A DNA stretch of 64,000 nt from an uncultured Oscillospiraceae bacterium (GTDB lineage: Bacteria > Bacillota > Clostridia > Saccharofermentanales > Fastidiosipilaceae), in assembly GCA_964558445.1 (NCBI GenBank), contig CAZLEA010000001.1, positions 66,236 through 130,235 on the forward strand, read 5' to 3'. The number at the start of each line of letters is the position of its first letter. Position 1 is the stretch's first letter. Under the pieces are notes generated by a model that did not search any database, was not told the DNA's origin, and saw only the letters and a program-made list of their open reading frames with translations. This document shows positions 1 to 9,230 of this stretch, one piece after another. Made by a program: the position numbers and the translations under genes.

Positions 1-58
1 ATTCCTCGACACTGACTTCATACGTGCGTCCGTTTACGGTGATCTTATATGTTCTCAT
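1..58 (-). CDS. biotinyl/lipoyl-domain (biotin carboxyl carrier-like) subunit; only the N-terminal 19 codons are visible (runs off window)
   Basis: Minus-strand ATG at 56-58 with GAAGGAG SD at 65-71. Translates MRTYKITVNGRTYEVSVEE, a typical N-terminus of small biotin-carrier subunits that follow carboxyltransferase genes. Confidence 0.45.
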   Translation of the reverse strand, partial: MRTYKITVNGRTYEVSVEE

Positions 59-87
59 AGACAACTCCTTCGTCTCTTATATCAAGT

Positions 88-1548
88 TTATAGGCCTTCC
101 AGAATCTGCAGCGCGCTATAGATGCGCGGTCTCGTGGCAGCAGGGCGAATCTCCTCGTCAATCGCACCCGTCGATTCCGCCATGCGAGCGGACATCTCCT
201 GCTTGCGATACTCTGCTTCCAGTGCCTTCCTCGCCGTGATCGGATCCTCGCTTCGTTTCAATTCATCGGTCAGGAATAAGTTTACGGCACTATCGGGACG
301 CAGTACGCCGATCGCTGCGGTCGGCCATGCATAGACCAGATCAGCACCCGTGGCCTTACTGTTGAAGACCAAGTAGCCCTGACCGATCGCCTCGCCGATG
401 ATGATATTGATACGTGTCACGGCAGACTCGGTAAACGCCTTCATGATGCGACCGGCAACAGCCGTAATATTCTGTGCTTCCGAAGCGAAACCGCTGATAA
501 ACCCGCTGGTGTCCGTGAAGCTGATGACAGGATAATTCAAGCGGTTCGCAAGGGTTAGGAGAGACTCGATCTTCGTCGCCGACAAGAGGCCCATCAACGG
601 CTTCTTGTTCGCGATAAACAAGACCGGTTGTGCACCCAAGGTTGCAAGGCCGCCGTAGATCTCCGTAGCATAATCGGCATATAACTCGAGAATACTGTCA
701 TGATCGAAGACATCAGACACGATGTCTGCAATCTCATAACCGGAATCCATGTTCTCGGCCAAACGATCCAAGCGCTCTTCCGTGCGATTCGGATCATCGG
801 AGATTGACTCCGTCCAGAGGAAGCCGCCCACATGATCGGGCAAGTAAGTCAGAAGTTTGCGGCTGAGCGAGAGCATGTCGTCACTCGTCTTCGCTGTAAG
901 CGATGCAAGTCCGCTCGCCTTGGCGTGGACAGCCGCGCCGCCAATATCAGCCGGCGACTTCGTGGGGTCCTCTTCTGCGGCTGTGATGCCCGGCCCCTGC
1001 AGATAGATGCCGCCACCATCCTCCGCCATGATGACGAAGTCCGAAGCGGCTGGCAATATACTTAGTACACCAGGAGCAGGTCCCGGCACGAGAGCGATAA
1101 CAGGGATCAATTCTCTGGCTTCGAGTAGCGCTTGATACATCGCACCGACGGCATCCATCGCCATAAGCCCCTCGTCCACACGAAGACCGCCGCTATCATA
1201 GATTACGATCAGAGGGCTTGCGGCTTGGATGGCAAGCTCGATCGTTCGGATGAACTTGGCTGCGTTGGCTTGACCAACCCCACCATGGTAAACGGCTTGA
1301 TCTTGACTCGAGACGAAGACTAAGCGGCCATCGATCTGGCCATAGCCGCTGACCAGGCCTTCTCCCGCAACTCCGGTCCTGCCGGAAGCGGCAGGTGCAA
1401 GCGATTGAATCTGACTGCCCAACGAGACGAAACTGTCCGCATCCAGAAGATCGATTACTCGTTGGTACGCAATACCCGTCTTCGGAGCTTGGTCAGCGCT
1501 GTCACTTCGTCGAGATAGGAATTCTTGCATCATATCCTTAGAACTCAT
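88..1548 (-). CDS. acyl-CoA carboxyltransferase (methylmalonyl/propionyl-CoA carboxyltransferase family, decarboxylase alpha-like)
   Basis: ORF 88..1581 carries carboxyl-transferase blocks GYGQIDGRLVFVSSQD, IVIYDSGGLRVDEG and PVISFTDTSGF. Start trimmed to MSSKDMMQEF (1548), which has a GGAAAGG SD. Confidence 0.8.
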   Translation of the reverse strand: MSSKDMMQEFLSRRSDSADQAPKTGIAYQRVIDLLDADSFVSLGSQIQSLAPAASGRTGVAGEGLVSGYGQIDGRLVFVSSQDQAVYHGGVGQANAAKFIRTIELAIQAASPLIVIYDSGGLRVDEGLMAMDAVGAMYQALLEARELIPVIALVPGPAPGVLSILPAASDFVIMAEDGGGIYLQGPGITAAEEDPTKSPADIGGAAVHAKASGLASLTAKTSDDMLSLSRKLLTYLPDHVGGFLWTESISDDPNRTEERLDRLAENMDSGYEIADIVSDVFDHDSILELYADYATEIYGGLATLGAQPVLFIANKKPLMGLLSATKIESLLTLANRLNYPVISFTDTSGFISGFASEAQNITAVAGRIMKAFTESAVTRINIIIGEAIGQGYLVFNSKATGADLVYAWPTAAIGVLRPDSAVNLFLTDELKRSEDPITARKALEAEYRKQEMSARMAESTGAIDEEIRPAATRPRIYSALQILEGL

Positions 1549-1720
1549 ATAGCACACCTTTCCAGTTCTCGGTTCGGTCAATTAAGCCCTTACCCATTGT
1601 TTAATTATGCCAATTATAAAACAACAATGTTAACTGGGCAAGCATACAATAAAGGAAGTTTTCGTAATTATTCTTTTGTAGACTTGATTACGACTGTCTC
1701 TGATCGTTTTGTGGATATAG

Positions 1721-2356
1721 TTAGTCTCGCTCCGGATGTAGATCGTATTTGTGCTCAAATTCTTGGAGTGTGCTGTACATAATCATCTCGAGCGGAGGCA
1801 GTTCGTCTAGCGAGGCGATGCCCGTCTCCAACAAGAATTTCTCCGTGGTACAGAACAGCGACGGCCTTCCCGGCGCATCGAGCGTGTCGGAGATGTAGAT
1901 ATAACCTCGCTCTTCGAGACGGCTGATGATCGAGTCGCTGTTCACGCCGCGAACCTGCTCGATCTGAGCTCTTGTAACAGGCTGGTTATACGCGACGATC
2001 GCGAGCACCTCGAAGGCTGCTTGCGTGAGCCTAGGACGGTTCTTCGGCTTGTAGAGTTGCTCAAGTAAGCTCTTGACCTCGGGCTTCGTTGCAAGCGTAT
2101 AGCGCTGCTCCATACGGCGCAACATGATACCGGAATCCGAATCCTCTTCCAGCTTCTTAGCTAAGGCGGCAAGCGCGATCAAGATATCCGTCTCTTCTTG
2201 GCCGCACAGATGGCCAAGTTCTGTAAGCGACAGCGGATCGCCCGAGGCGAACAAGAGCGCTTCGATACCTGAGACCAAACGATCTTGGTTCCAGGAGAAG
2301 TGCTCTTCTTGGCTGCCTTGGCCCTCATTTATCTCACTTCTAATCCCGTCAGTCAT
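1721..2356 (-). CDS. scpB: segregation and condensation protein B
   Basis: LLFASGDPLSL, QAAFEVLAIVAYNQPVTRAQIEQVRGVNSD and GRPSLFCTT are ScpB hallmarks. ATG at 2356 overlaps the scpA stop (ATGACTGA). Confidence 0.9.
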   Translation of the reverse strand: MTDGIRSEINEGQGSQEEHFSWNQDRLVSGIEALLFASGDPLSLTELGHLCGQEETDILIALAALAKKLEEDSDSGIMLRRMEQRYTLATKPEVKSLLEQLYKPKNRPRLTQAAFEVLAIVAYNQPVTRAQIEQVRGVNSDSIISRLEERGYIYISDTLDAPGRPSLFCTTEKFLLETGIASLDELPPLEMIMYSTLQEFEHKYDLHPERD

Positions 2357-3263
2357 ACTCTTCTTCCATCTTCCCTTCGCGGACGAAGGCCAGTAGGGTC
2401 TTACCGACCTCATCGCCTTCGGTCTTCTTATTATATTCCAGTTCGATGATATCCTTCGGGTGCTCTTGGTGGGCCAAGATACGATTCGCCTTCAACAATT
2501 CCAGTACCGCGAGGAAACCGGTCACCTTCTCCGCACGACTGGCCCCATAGGGGAACAGCTCCGTGAAGAAGAGTTTACCCCTCTTCTGCAGACTCTTCCA
2601 GATCGATGACAGCTTCTCACGAAGCGAAATCTTCTCTCTCTGGAGGATCTTGGACATCTTCGAGGCGACGTCTTGGTAGCGAGCCGTGTTGCGTTCCGTT
2701 ACCGAACGGGCACCGCGCAGCACATCCTCATAACGCAGCGGTCTGGCAAGCTCATCGTAATTGATGCGAATCCCAAGCTGTTTGGCGGTCTCCGGCAGAT
2801 GGTAGTGCACGCCTGTCCAAGTCTCTTGGCGACGTGCAATCTCACTGGCCAGGAGCCTGGCACGCCTGTAGGCCAGGAGTCGAAGCACCAGTTCGTCTCT
2901 TGGATCCTCCTCACCGCTCTCTTCGGATGGGCGAAGCAGGGGCAGAAGCATGGCCGACTTGATCTGCAGCAAGCTGGATGCCATCACCAGGAAGTCGCTA
3001 GCCAGGTCCATATCCAATTCGTCCAGATCTGCCAAATAGAGCATGTACTGCTCCGTGATAAACGCGATCGGGATATCGTAGATATCGATCTTGTTCTTCT
3101 CGATCAGATGATAGAGTAAGTCCAGAGGACCGGAGAAATCCCCGATCTGAAGCTCAGGCCCCTTCAACGCGGCCCGTTCCCGATCCTGATCCTGCAGAGC
3201 ATCGACAGCCAAACGCAAGTTCTCCTCAGGCAGGGATGTTCGTTTCTTGCCCTGTGTACTCAT
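2349..3263 (-). CDS. scpA: segregation and condensation protein A
   Basis: FSGPLDLLYHLIEKNKIDIYDIPIAFITEQY is the ScpA N-terminal signature. ATG at 3263 overlaps the stop of the upstream protease (ATGA). Confidence 0.9.
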   Translation of the reverse strand: MSTQGKKRTSLPEENLRLAVDALQDQDRERAALKGPELQIGDFSGPLDLLYHLIEKNKIDIYDIPIAFITEQYMLYLADLDELDMDLASDFLVMASSLLQIKSAMLLPLLRPSEESGEEDPRDELVLRLLAYRRARLLASEIARRQETWTGVHYHLPETAKQLGIRINYDELARPLRYEDVLRGARSVTERNTARYQDVASKMSKILQREKISLREKLSSIWKSLQKRGKLFFTELFPYGASRAEKVTGFLAVLELLKANRILAHQEHPKDIIELEYNKKTEGDEVGKTLLAFVREGKMEEEYD

Positions 3264-4006
3264 CTTAATAACAGTTCCATAAGCCAATTAATCGGCGTAC
3301 TGATCAGCCACTCAAACGGTGTGGCAAGCCATGTCAACAGCGTGAAGAGATTACCGCGACCGAAGATCAATAAGAATAAGAAGGCCATGCCGATATAGCG
3401 TTCATAGCGCATGATCTTGTAATAGATCTTGTTCGGTAGCAGTGAGCCGAAGAACTTGAAGCCGTCCAGCGGTGGGATCGGCAGCAAGTTGAAGATGGCC
3501 AAGAAGATGTTTCGCATATAGAAGAGTGCAAAGATCAACAATAGCACATCCACCAAGTTCACCAGAAATGATGAGCCGCTAGCCTGATTCAAGATACCCG
3601 TACGATAGGCGATGACGACCGTCAACGCATGCAGGAAATAGGCGGCAAACGCCATCATCAGGTTTGAGATCGCCCCTGCAACGCTGACGAGTGCGATCCC
3701 GCGCTTCATATTGTGCTTGGGATCGAAACGACTCGGGTTGATCGGAACGGGCCTCGCCCAACCGACAGGAGCACCTAGCAGAATAAACAAGGTGCCCATC
3801 GGATCCATGTGCGACAAGGGGTTCAGGGTCAAGCGACCCTGGTCCCTCGCCGTCGTATCGCCCAGGCGATAGGCGGTCCAAGCATGGGCGTACTCATGCA
3901 CCGATAACGAGGCAAACAGTACGACCATGCCGATAACATACGTCAAGATAGCATCGGATCCGCCGCCAAGGGCGTTGAAGATGCTTGCGCTTACGGGTCC
4001 CGGCAT
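3260..4006 (-). CDS. site-2 protease family (peptidase M50) membrane metalloprotease
   Basis: HEYAHAWTAYRLGD (HExxH) lies in a polytopic hydrophobic protein, with a later NLLPIPPLDG motif. Confidence 0.85.
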   Translation of the reverse strand: MPGPVSASIFNALGGGSDAILTYVIGMVVLFASLSVHEYAHAWTAYRLGDTTARDQGRLTLNPLSHMDPMGTLFILLGAPVGWARPVPINPSRFDPKHNMKRGIALVSVAGAISNLMMAFAAYFLHALTVVIAYRTGILNQASGSSFLVNLVDVLLLIFALFYMRNIFLAIFNLLPIPPLDGFKFFGSLLPNKIYYKIMRYERYIGMAFLFLLIFGRGNLFTLLTWLATPFEWLISTPINWLMELLLR

Positions 4007-7000
4007 TTAGTTCACAACCTTCAAAAGGCGAAGCGTACAGGCCTCACCGTTGATCGACCAATCGCGGCCTTCTTGATCTTCTCCGAGCGGCTCGACCGAC
4101 ACGGCGAGCACTTCGGCGGCAATCATGTCGCTCTGACGAGAGAAGACGGCGTCGAGCACTTCACTCGATCGATGATAGACCCGGATACGATCGACGACTT
4201 CGAAGTCGCTCTCCTTGCGCATCGTCTGGATCTTGGAGATGATTTCTCGTACATAGCCTTCTTCGATTAATTCGTCTGTCAGATGCAAGTCGATCGCAAC
4301 GGTGTAGTCACGATCTTGCTCCGTCTGGAAGCCTTCCACCTGCATTGTCTCGATCAGGAGATCATCTGCATGCAAACGCTCCATAGCACCGTCTAGCTCA
4401 ATCGTGATGAAGCCGTGCTCCTGGAGCTCAGCATAGCGGGCACGACCATCCAGACCGGCGAGCAGTTCGCCAAGCTTGGGCAAGTTCTTACCGAAGCGGC
4501 GGCCGAGCGTACGAAGTTGCGGCTTGAAGCGATAGTCTTGCAAGGCGCTGTCGTCCGAGATGAATTCAATCGACTTGATGTTCAGCTCATCCGTGATCAA
4601 GGCCGTGAACGTCTCGGGCAGCTCCACGGGCGACGCCACGAGCATGCGAGCGAGCGGCTGACGGTTCTTCATGGATGAGGCATTGCGCGCTGCACGTCCC
4701 ATACTGATGATCTCCAGCACGGCTGCCATGCGGGTTTCGAGCAAGTCGTCGACATAGCTGTGATCCGCCTCTGGGTAATCGCAGAAGTGTACGGACTCGG
4801 GCGCATCCGGCTCGGAGTTACGCACCAAATTCTGATAGATATCCTCCGTTACGAACGGCACGAAGGGAGCGGCCAAGAGCACGACCGTCTTCAAGACGGT
4901 ATAGAGCGTCATGTATGCCGAGATCTTGTCCTCTGTCATCTCCTCGCCCCAGTAGCGCTCGCGCCCTCGTCTGACGTACCAGTTCGATACGTCATCCAGG
5001 AAGTCAACCATCAGTCTACCTGCTGTCGAGATATCATACTTCTCAAGTAGTGAATCCACCTTCGCCACCAGCGTGTTCAAACGTGACAGCACCCAGCGAT
5101 CCATGACCGTCAGGCTCTCTGGCTTCAGGCTATGCTCGCTCGGATTGAAGCGATCGATATTGGCATAGAGCACATAGAAGGAATAGGTATTCCACAAGGT
5201 GCCCATGAACTTGCGCTGACCGTCACTGACCGCGGCATCCGAATAGCGACTCGGCAACCATGGCTGGCTGTTCGTATAGAAGTACCAACGCACGGCATCC
5301 GCACCCTGCTTACCCAGAGCGTCCCAGGGGTCAACGACGTTCCCCTTGTGCTTGCTCATCTTGATACCGTCCTTGTCCTGGACCAGACCCATGACGATAC
5401 AGTTCTGGAAGCTCGACTCATCGAAGAGGAGCGTCGCCACAGCCAGAAGCGAATAGAACCATCCGCGCGTTTGGTCCTGAGCCTCAGAGATGAACTGGGC
5501 CGGGAAGTGGGTTTCGAAATGTTCTTGGTTCTCAAAGGGATAGTGATACTGCGCAAACGGCATCGCACCCGAATCAAACCAAACGTCGATCACTTCGCTC
5601 ACACGGGTCATATTCTTCTGACAGATCGGGCAATTGACATGGACTTGATCAATGTAGGGCTTGTGCAGCTCGATCTCATCCGGGCAATTGTCGGACAAGG
5701 ATCTCAGCTCTTCGATCGAACCGATGACATGGACGTGTCCATCCTCGCAACGCCAGGCGGGCAGCGGCGTGCCCCAGTAGCGCTCACGGGTCAGACCCCA
5801 GTCAACCAGGTTCTCCAGGAAGTTACCCATACGCCCTTCCTTGACGTTGTCCGGGATCCAGTTGATGCTGCGGTTATTGCGAATCAATTGTTCCTTGACC
5901 GCCGTCGTGCGGATGAACCAGCTGTGACGCGCATAGTAGATCAAGGGCGTGTCGCAACGCCAGCAGTGCGGGTAGTTATGTTCGATCGGCAAGCGATACA
6001 TCAGCTTGCCCTCTGCTTCGAGCTTCGAGATGATCTTCGGATTCGCCTTCATCACGTTCATCTGTGCGAAATCGGTGACCGAATCCGGGAACTTACCGTC
6101 TTCTTGGACGAGCTGGACGAAGGGCAGGTCGTAGCGCTGACCGACCTTCGCGTCATCCTCACCGAAGGCAGGGGCGATATGTACGATGCCCGTACCGTCA
6201 TCTAGACTGACGAAGTTATCCGTAGTGACAAACCAGGCCTGCTTCTTGCTCTTAGAAACCGTGTCCAAGCTGTAATCGAAGAGCGGCTCGTAGGCCTTGT
6301 ACTCGAGGTCTGAGCCCTTATAGGTTTCCAGAACCGTGTGCTCTTCGCCGAGCACCGTATCCAGAAGTGCGGCAGCAACGTAATAACGATACTCCGTACC
6401 GTCTTCCATCTTCGATGCCAGCACGTAATCTGCCTTCGGATTCACACAGAGGGCGAGGTTTGACGGCAGGGTCCAAGGCGTGGTGGTCCAAGCAGCAAAA
6501 TAAGTATTCTCTTCATCCTTCACACGGAAGCGAACGAAGATCGAGGTCTCCTTCACATCCTTATAGCCTTGAGCAACTTCATGGCTTGATAGAGACGTGC
6601 CGCAGCGGGGGCAGTACGGGACAATCTTGTGGCCTTCATAGAGCAGCCCCTTCTTCCAGATCTCCTTGAGTGCCCACCAGACGGACTCAATGTAGTTATT
6701 CTCGTAGGTGACATAAGGATTGTCCATATCGGCCCAATAGCCGACGCGATCGGACATCTGTTCCCACTCATCCTTGTAGGTCCAGACACTCTCCTTACAC
6801 TTCTGTACGAATGCTTCGACACCATAGGCTTCGATCGCATCCTTACCATTGATGCCAAGCGCCTTCTCGACTTCGAGCTCAACCGGCAAACCGTGGGTAT
6901 CCCAACCGGCCTTGAACTCAACTTGGTAGCCCTTCATCGTACGATAACGAGGGATAACGTCCTTGATCGCTCGTGTCAGGATATGACCGATGTGCGGCTT

Positions 7001-7156
7001 ACCGTTGGCGGTCGGCGGTCCGTCAAACACGGTATAAACCGGTCCGCCCTCGCGGCGGCGCCAGGACTCCTTCATCGTGCCCTGTTCGGCCCACAAGGCC
7101 GCAACCGCTTCCTCGCGGCCGGTGAAATTCAGATCGTTTGCTACCTTCTCGTACAT
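4007..7156 (-). CDS. ileS: isoleucine--tRNA ligase, long (about 1049 aa) type-2-like form
   Basis: Class I motifs PPTANGKPHIGH and KMSKHKGN; editing-domain and anticodon-domain length fit IleRS. Start set at MYEKVANDLNF (7156) with GGAGG SD at 7161-7165. The ORF-track N-terminal extension to 7273 runs into the T-box leader. Confidence 0.93.
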   Translation of the reverse strand: MYEKVANDLNFTGREEAVAALWAEQGTMKESWRRREGGPVYTVFDGPPTANGKPHIGHILTRAIKDVIPRYRTMKGYQVEFKAGWDTHGLPVELEVEKALGINGKDAIEAYGVEAFVQKCKESVWTYKDEWEQMSDRVGYWADMDNPYVTYENNYIESVWWALKEIWKKGLLYEGHKIVPYCPRCGTSLSSHEVAQGYKDVKETSIFVRFRVKDEENTYFAAWTTTPWTLPSNLALCVNPKADYVLASKMEDGTEYRYYVAAALLDTVLGEEHTVLETYKGSDLEYKAYEPLFDYSLDTVSKSKKQAWFVTTDNFVSLDDGTGIVHIAPAFGEDDAKVGQRYDLPFVQLVQEDGKFPDSVTDFAQMNVMKANPKIISKLEAEGKLMYRLPIEHNYPHCWRCDTPLIYYARHSWFIRTTAVKEQLIRNNRSINWIPDNVKEGRMGNFLENLVDWGLTRERYWGTPLPAWRCEDGHVHVIGSIEELRSLSDNCPDEIELHKPYIDQVHVNCPICQKNMTRVSEVIDVWFDSGAMPFAQYHYPFENQEHFETHFPAQFISEAQDQTRGWFYSLLAVATLLFDESSFQNCIVMGLVQDKDGIKMSKHKGNVVDPWDALGKQGADAVRWYFYTNSQPWLPSRYSDAAVSDGQRKFMGTLWNTYSFYVLYANIDRFNPSEHSLKPESLTVMDRWVLSRLNTLVAKVDSLLEKYDISTAGRLMVDFLDDVSNWYVRRGRERYWGEEMTEDKISAYMTLYTVLKTVVLLAAPFVPFVTEDIYQNLVRNSEPDAPESVHFCDYPEADHSYVDDLLETRMAAVLEIISMGRAARNASSMKNRQPLARMLVASPVELPETFTALITDELNIKSIEFISDDSALQDYRFKPQLRTLGRRFGKNLPKLGELLAGLDGRARYAELQEHGFITIELDGAMERLHADDLLIETMQVEGFQTEQDRDYTVAIDLHLTDELIEEGYVREIISKIQTMRKESDFEVVDRIRVYHRSSEVLDAVFSRQSDMIAAEVLAVSVEPLGEDQEGRDWSINGEACTLRLLKVVN

Positions 7157-7189
7157 ATAGCCTCCATCGTTTCTCATTTGATTGCCTAC

Positions 7190-7385
7190 ATAATAAAAAA
7201 GCATCCCCAAAGGGACGCATCGCGTAACCACCCAATCTAGTGATAAGAATCGGTTCAATTCATCTGCACACAAGGTGCAAGCTCCCAGCTGATCCGTATA
7301 CTGCGATAATCTGTGTACCTCTCACCTACGTACACTCTCTGTTAGATCTCAGTTGCAGTTACCTGTCTGTTCATAGCTTCTGATA
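7190..7385 (-). promoter_or_regulatory. T-box riboswitch leader of ileS (probable Ile specifier)
   Basis: On the minus strand: AGAGAG and GGTGAGAG stem-I elements; T-box core ATTGGGTGGTTACGCG (7221-7236); then terminator GCGTCCC-TTTG-GGGATGC plus a T6 run (7195-7218). An ATC triplet (reverse complement of 7305-7307) sits on the 3' side of stem I. Confidence 0.8.
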
Positions 7386-7412
7386 TTTTAACATGTAGCC
7401 CGTATTTTGCAA
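7385..7412 (-). promoter_or_regulatory. sigma-70-type promoter of the ileS leader
   Basis: Minus strand has TTGCAA (7407-7412), a 16-nt spacer ending in TG, then TAAAAT (7385-7390). Confidence 0.5.
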
Positions 7413-7615
7413 GGTATGGTGACGAAACGCATCATAAATGGATAGAGCCCCCACCCCGCACAACGATCTGTGCCGGATGAGGCCTCGATATCTAAACGCT
7501 TCTCTCGTGTGACTAGAGTCGGTTCATATTCATGGCGCCAAACTTGTTCCGGGATAGTTTCCGCAAGTATATGCATCAAACAGCAGTTCGAACAAATCTG
7601 CCAAATAGAAATAGC

Positions 7616-7951
7616 CTATTCGGTCCCCAGAATCTTCGCAACATCCTTCGTCAGGATGTGATACTTCTGAAGATCGCTCTCTAGTTGCTTCCTACCTTCA
7701 TCGGTGATCGTGTAATAGCGTCTGAGCACACGCGCACCGGATGATTCTGTCCTGGATCGAACCAGGCCATGCTTCTCTAAGCGATGCAAGGCAGGATACA
7801 AAGCCCCCTCGGTCAAATGATACTGCTCCGAACCTCGCTCCGTTAGCGTATGAATAATCTTGAATCCATACATCTCATCCTCTTCGGATAGAAGTTTCAG
7901 AACTATCAGCTGAGTCAAGCCCTTCTTTAAATTTCCAGTTATGTCATACAT
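7616..7951 (-). CDS. PadR family transcriptional regulator
   Basis: LIVLKLLSEEDEMYGFKI...LTEGALYPALHRLEKHGLV is the PadR winged-helix signature; size 111 aa. Confidence 0.85.
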   Translation of the reverse strand: MYDITGNLKKGLTQLIVLKLLSEEDEMYGFKIIHTLTERGSEQYHLTEGALYPALHRLEKHGLVRSRTESSGARVLRRYYTITDEGRKQLESDLQKYHILTKDVAKILGTE

Positions 7952-8170
7952 TCTCCGACCCCTCCTTCACAGAATTTCTGATTACGAGTCCTGCGGAAAT
8001 TGACTGTCATCGACTCTCAATGGAGAAACTGCTGTCCTATAAGCTAATTATATAGGTCATCCTTAGCTGTTATGGATGCTTAGGTTACAAAAATCATGTC
8101 TTGGCAGGATTAACAATCATTCTCATTTCTATTTAGAGACAAATGAAACATAAGATAATTTGGGTTCAAA

Positions 8171-8203
8171 CAAGAAAAAGACCCGCAACATATCGTGCGA
8201 GTC
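8171..8203 (-). terminator. rho-independent terminator after spoVG
   Basis: Minus strand reads GACTCGCA-CGATATGT-TGCGGGTC followed by TTTTTCTTGTTTG. Confidence 0.6.
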
Positions 8204-8278
8204 TCTATGTGCCGGAGAAACCGAACACAGCTTCGAATGATTCAGTTGTTCCATCTATAGGCCATACAAAACCGGATC

Positions 8279-8674
8279 CTAGTCGTCACCCGACACCTCT
8301 AGCAAATCCTCTTCTTCGTCATAGAAGTCGTCCTCATCGTCGTAATCCTCATCCTCTTCATCGTAGTCATCGTCGTCATCTTCATCGTCTTCGTCATAGG
8401 AATCGTAATCTTCTTCGTCTTCTTGTTCTTCATCATACTTCGCCAAGATGAGCTCTGAGAGATAATTACGGAATTCGGTGCGAATCGGATGTGCGATGTC
8501 AATGAAGTTCCCGTTTGGCGTCTTGCGACTCGGCATAGCGATAAACAGACCTTGCGAGCTGGAGATGACCTTAATATCGTGAACAACGAAGACATTATCG
8601 AAGGTACATGACACAACAGCTTTTAACTTACCGGCATTACTCATGTTTCTGATTACTATATCAGTCAACTCCAT
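8279..8674 (-). CDS. spoVG: SpoVG family protein with a roughly 50-aa poly-acidic C-terminal tail
   Basis: MELTDIVIRNM..KLKAVVSCTFDNVFVVHDIKVI...FIAMPSRKTPNGNFIDIAHPI is a canonical SpoVG core. It is followed by EEQEDEEDYDSYDEDDEDDDDDYDEEDEDYDDEDDFYDEEED. Confidence 0.9.
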   Translation of the reverse strand: MELTDIVIRNMSNAGKLKAVVSCTFDNVFVVHDIKVISSSQGLFIAMPSRKTPNGNFIDIAHPIRTEFRNYLSELILAKYDEEQEDEEDYDSYDEDDEDDDDDYDEEDEDYDDEDDFYDEEEDLLEVSGDD

Positions 8675-8723
8675 ACCCCTACCACCTTTTCTATTTCAAT
8701 ATCGATAGAATGGAACTAAGTAA

Positions 8724-8752
8724 AGATTAATCAAATTGCACAAGGCTGTCAA
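8724..8752 (-). promoter_or_regulatory. putative sigma-70-type promoter of spoVG
   Basis: Minus strand has TTGACA (8747-8752), a 17-nt spacer, then TAATCT (8724-8729). Confidence 0.35.
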
Positions 8753-9068
8753 GGAAGATTGACATAATTTGATCAATACTAATCCTTTCTACTGTTTAGA
8801 ACGAATATACAAGATTATACGTCATGAATTACCACTAGGTGAACTGGCTAAACAGATCTGCAAATCACCTGGTTCAATCCGAGCCATATGATAATTGATC
8901 TGGATCAATTCGGTTTAGCTTATAATATTTTGACTAGTAAGTAGAATCACCAAGCAAGATTTCTTGGAACTTCTACTCATTTTATGCTCATTGCCCAAAA
9001 AGTAGATAAACAAGAAGATTCTGAATTGAAATTGTACAAACATCTCGTAAATGAGATCAGTCGAGGTA

Positions 9069-9112
9069 CAAAAAAAGAACATAGCCTGAGACAAATACTC
9101 AAACTATGCTCT
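9069..9112 (-). terminator. rho-independent terminator after tRNA-Pro
   Basis: Minus strand reads AGAGCATAG, a 19-nt loop, CTATGTTCT, then TTTTTTTG. Confidence 0.6.
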
Positions 9113-9115
9113 GAT

Positions 9116-9191
9116 TGGTCGGAGTGAGAAGACTTGAACTTCCGGCCTCTTGGTCCCGAACCAAGCGCTCTACCACCTGAGCCACACCCCG
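9116..9191 (-). tRNA. tRNA-Pro (anticodon CGG), CCA encoded
   Basis: The reverse complement CGGGGTGTGGCTCAGGTGGTAGAGCGCTTGGTTCGGGACCAAGAGGCCGGAAGTTCAAGTCTTCTCACTCCGACCA folds by hand into a 76-nt cloverleaf. Anticodon loop is TTCGGGA (CGG, G37); T-loop is TTCAAGT. Confidence 0.9.
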
Positions 9192-9202
9192 AAGACTTCA
9201 TA

Positions 9203-9230
9203 ATTCTATCATACTATTAGAAATAGTCAA
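9203..9230 (-). promoter_or_regulatory. putative promoter of tRNA-Pro
   Basis: Minus strand has TTGACT (9225-9230), a 16-nt spacer ending TGA, then TAGAAT (9203-9208), about 12 nt upstream of the tRNA 5' end. Confidence 0.5.

Noticed and set aside
5132-6205. 357-aa plus-strand ORF inside ileS. Similar long antisense ORFs occur at 17222..18088, 37130..38038, 52322..52978, 53140..54057, 58125..58727 and 6629..7240.
   Set aside because: Each lies entirely antisense to a gene with unambiguous family motifs. They have Arg/Leu/His-rich composition typical of mirror frames, no SD, and no recognisable domains.
7157-7273. N-terminal extension of ileS (MCADELNRF...). The small ORFs 7388..7579 and 7470..7661 belong to the same region.
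   Set aside because: The region is occupied by the T-box leader, terminator and promoter. The IleRS homology and an SD begin at 7156.
8143-8451. 102-aa His/Arg/Pro/Leu-rich plus-strand ORF.
   Set aside because: It is the reverse-frame reading of the GAT/GAA-rich codons of the SpoVG acidic tail, and it runs through the spoVG terminator. It is an artefact of the repeat composition.
8977-9201. 74-aa minus-strand ORF.
   Set aside because: It reads straight through tRNA-Pro and its terminator, so the tRNA explains the sequence.
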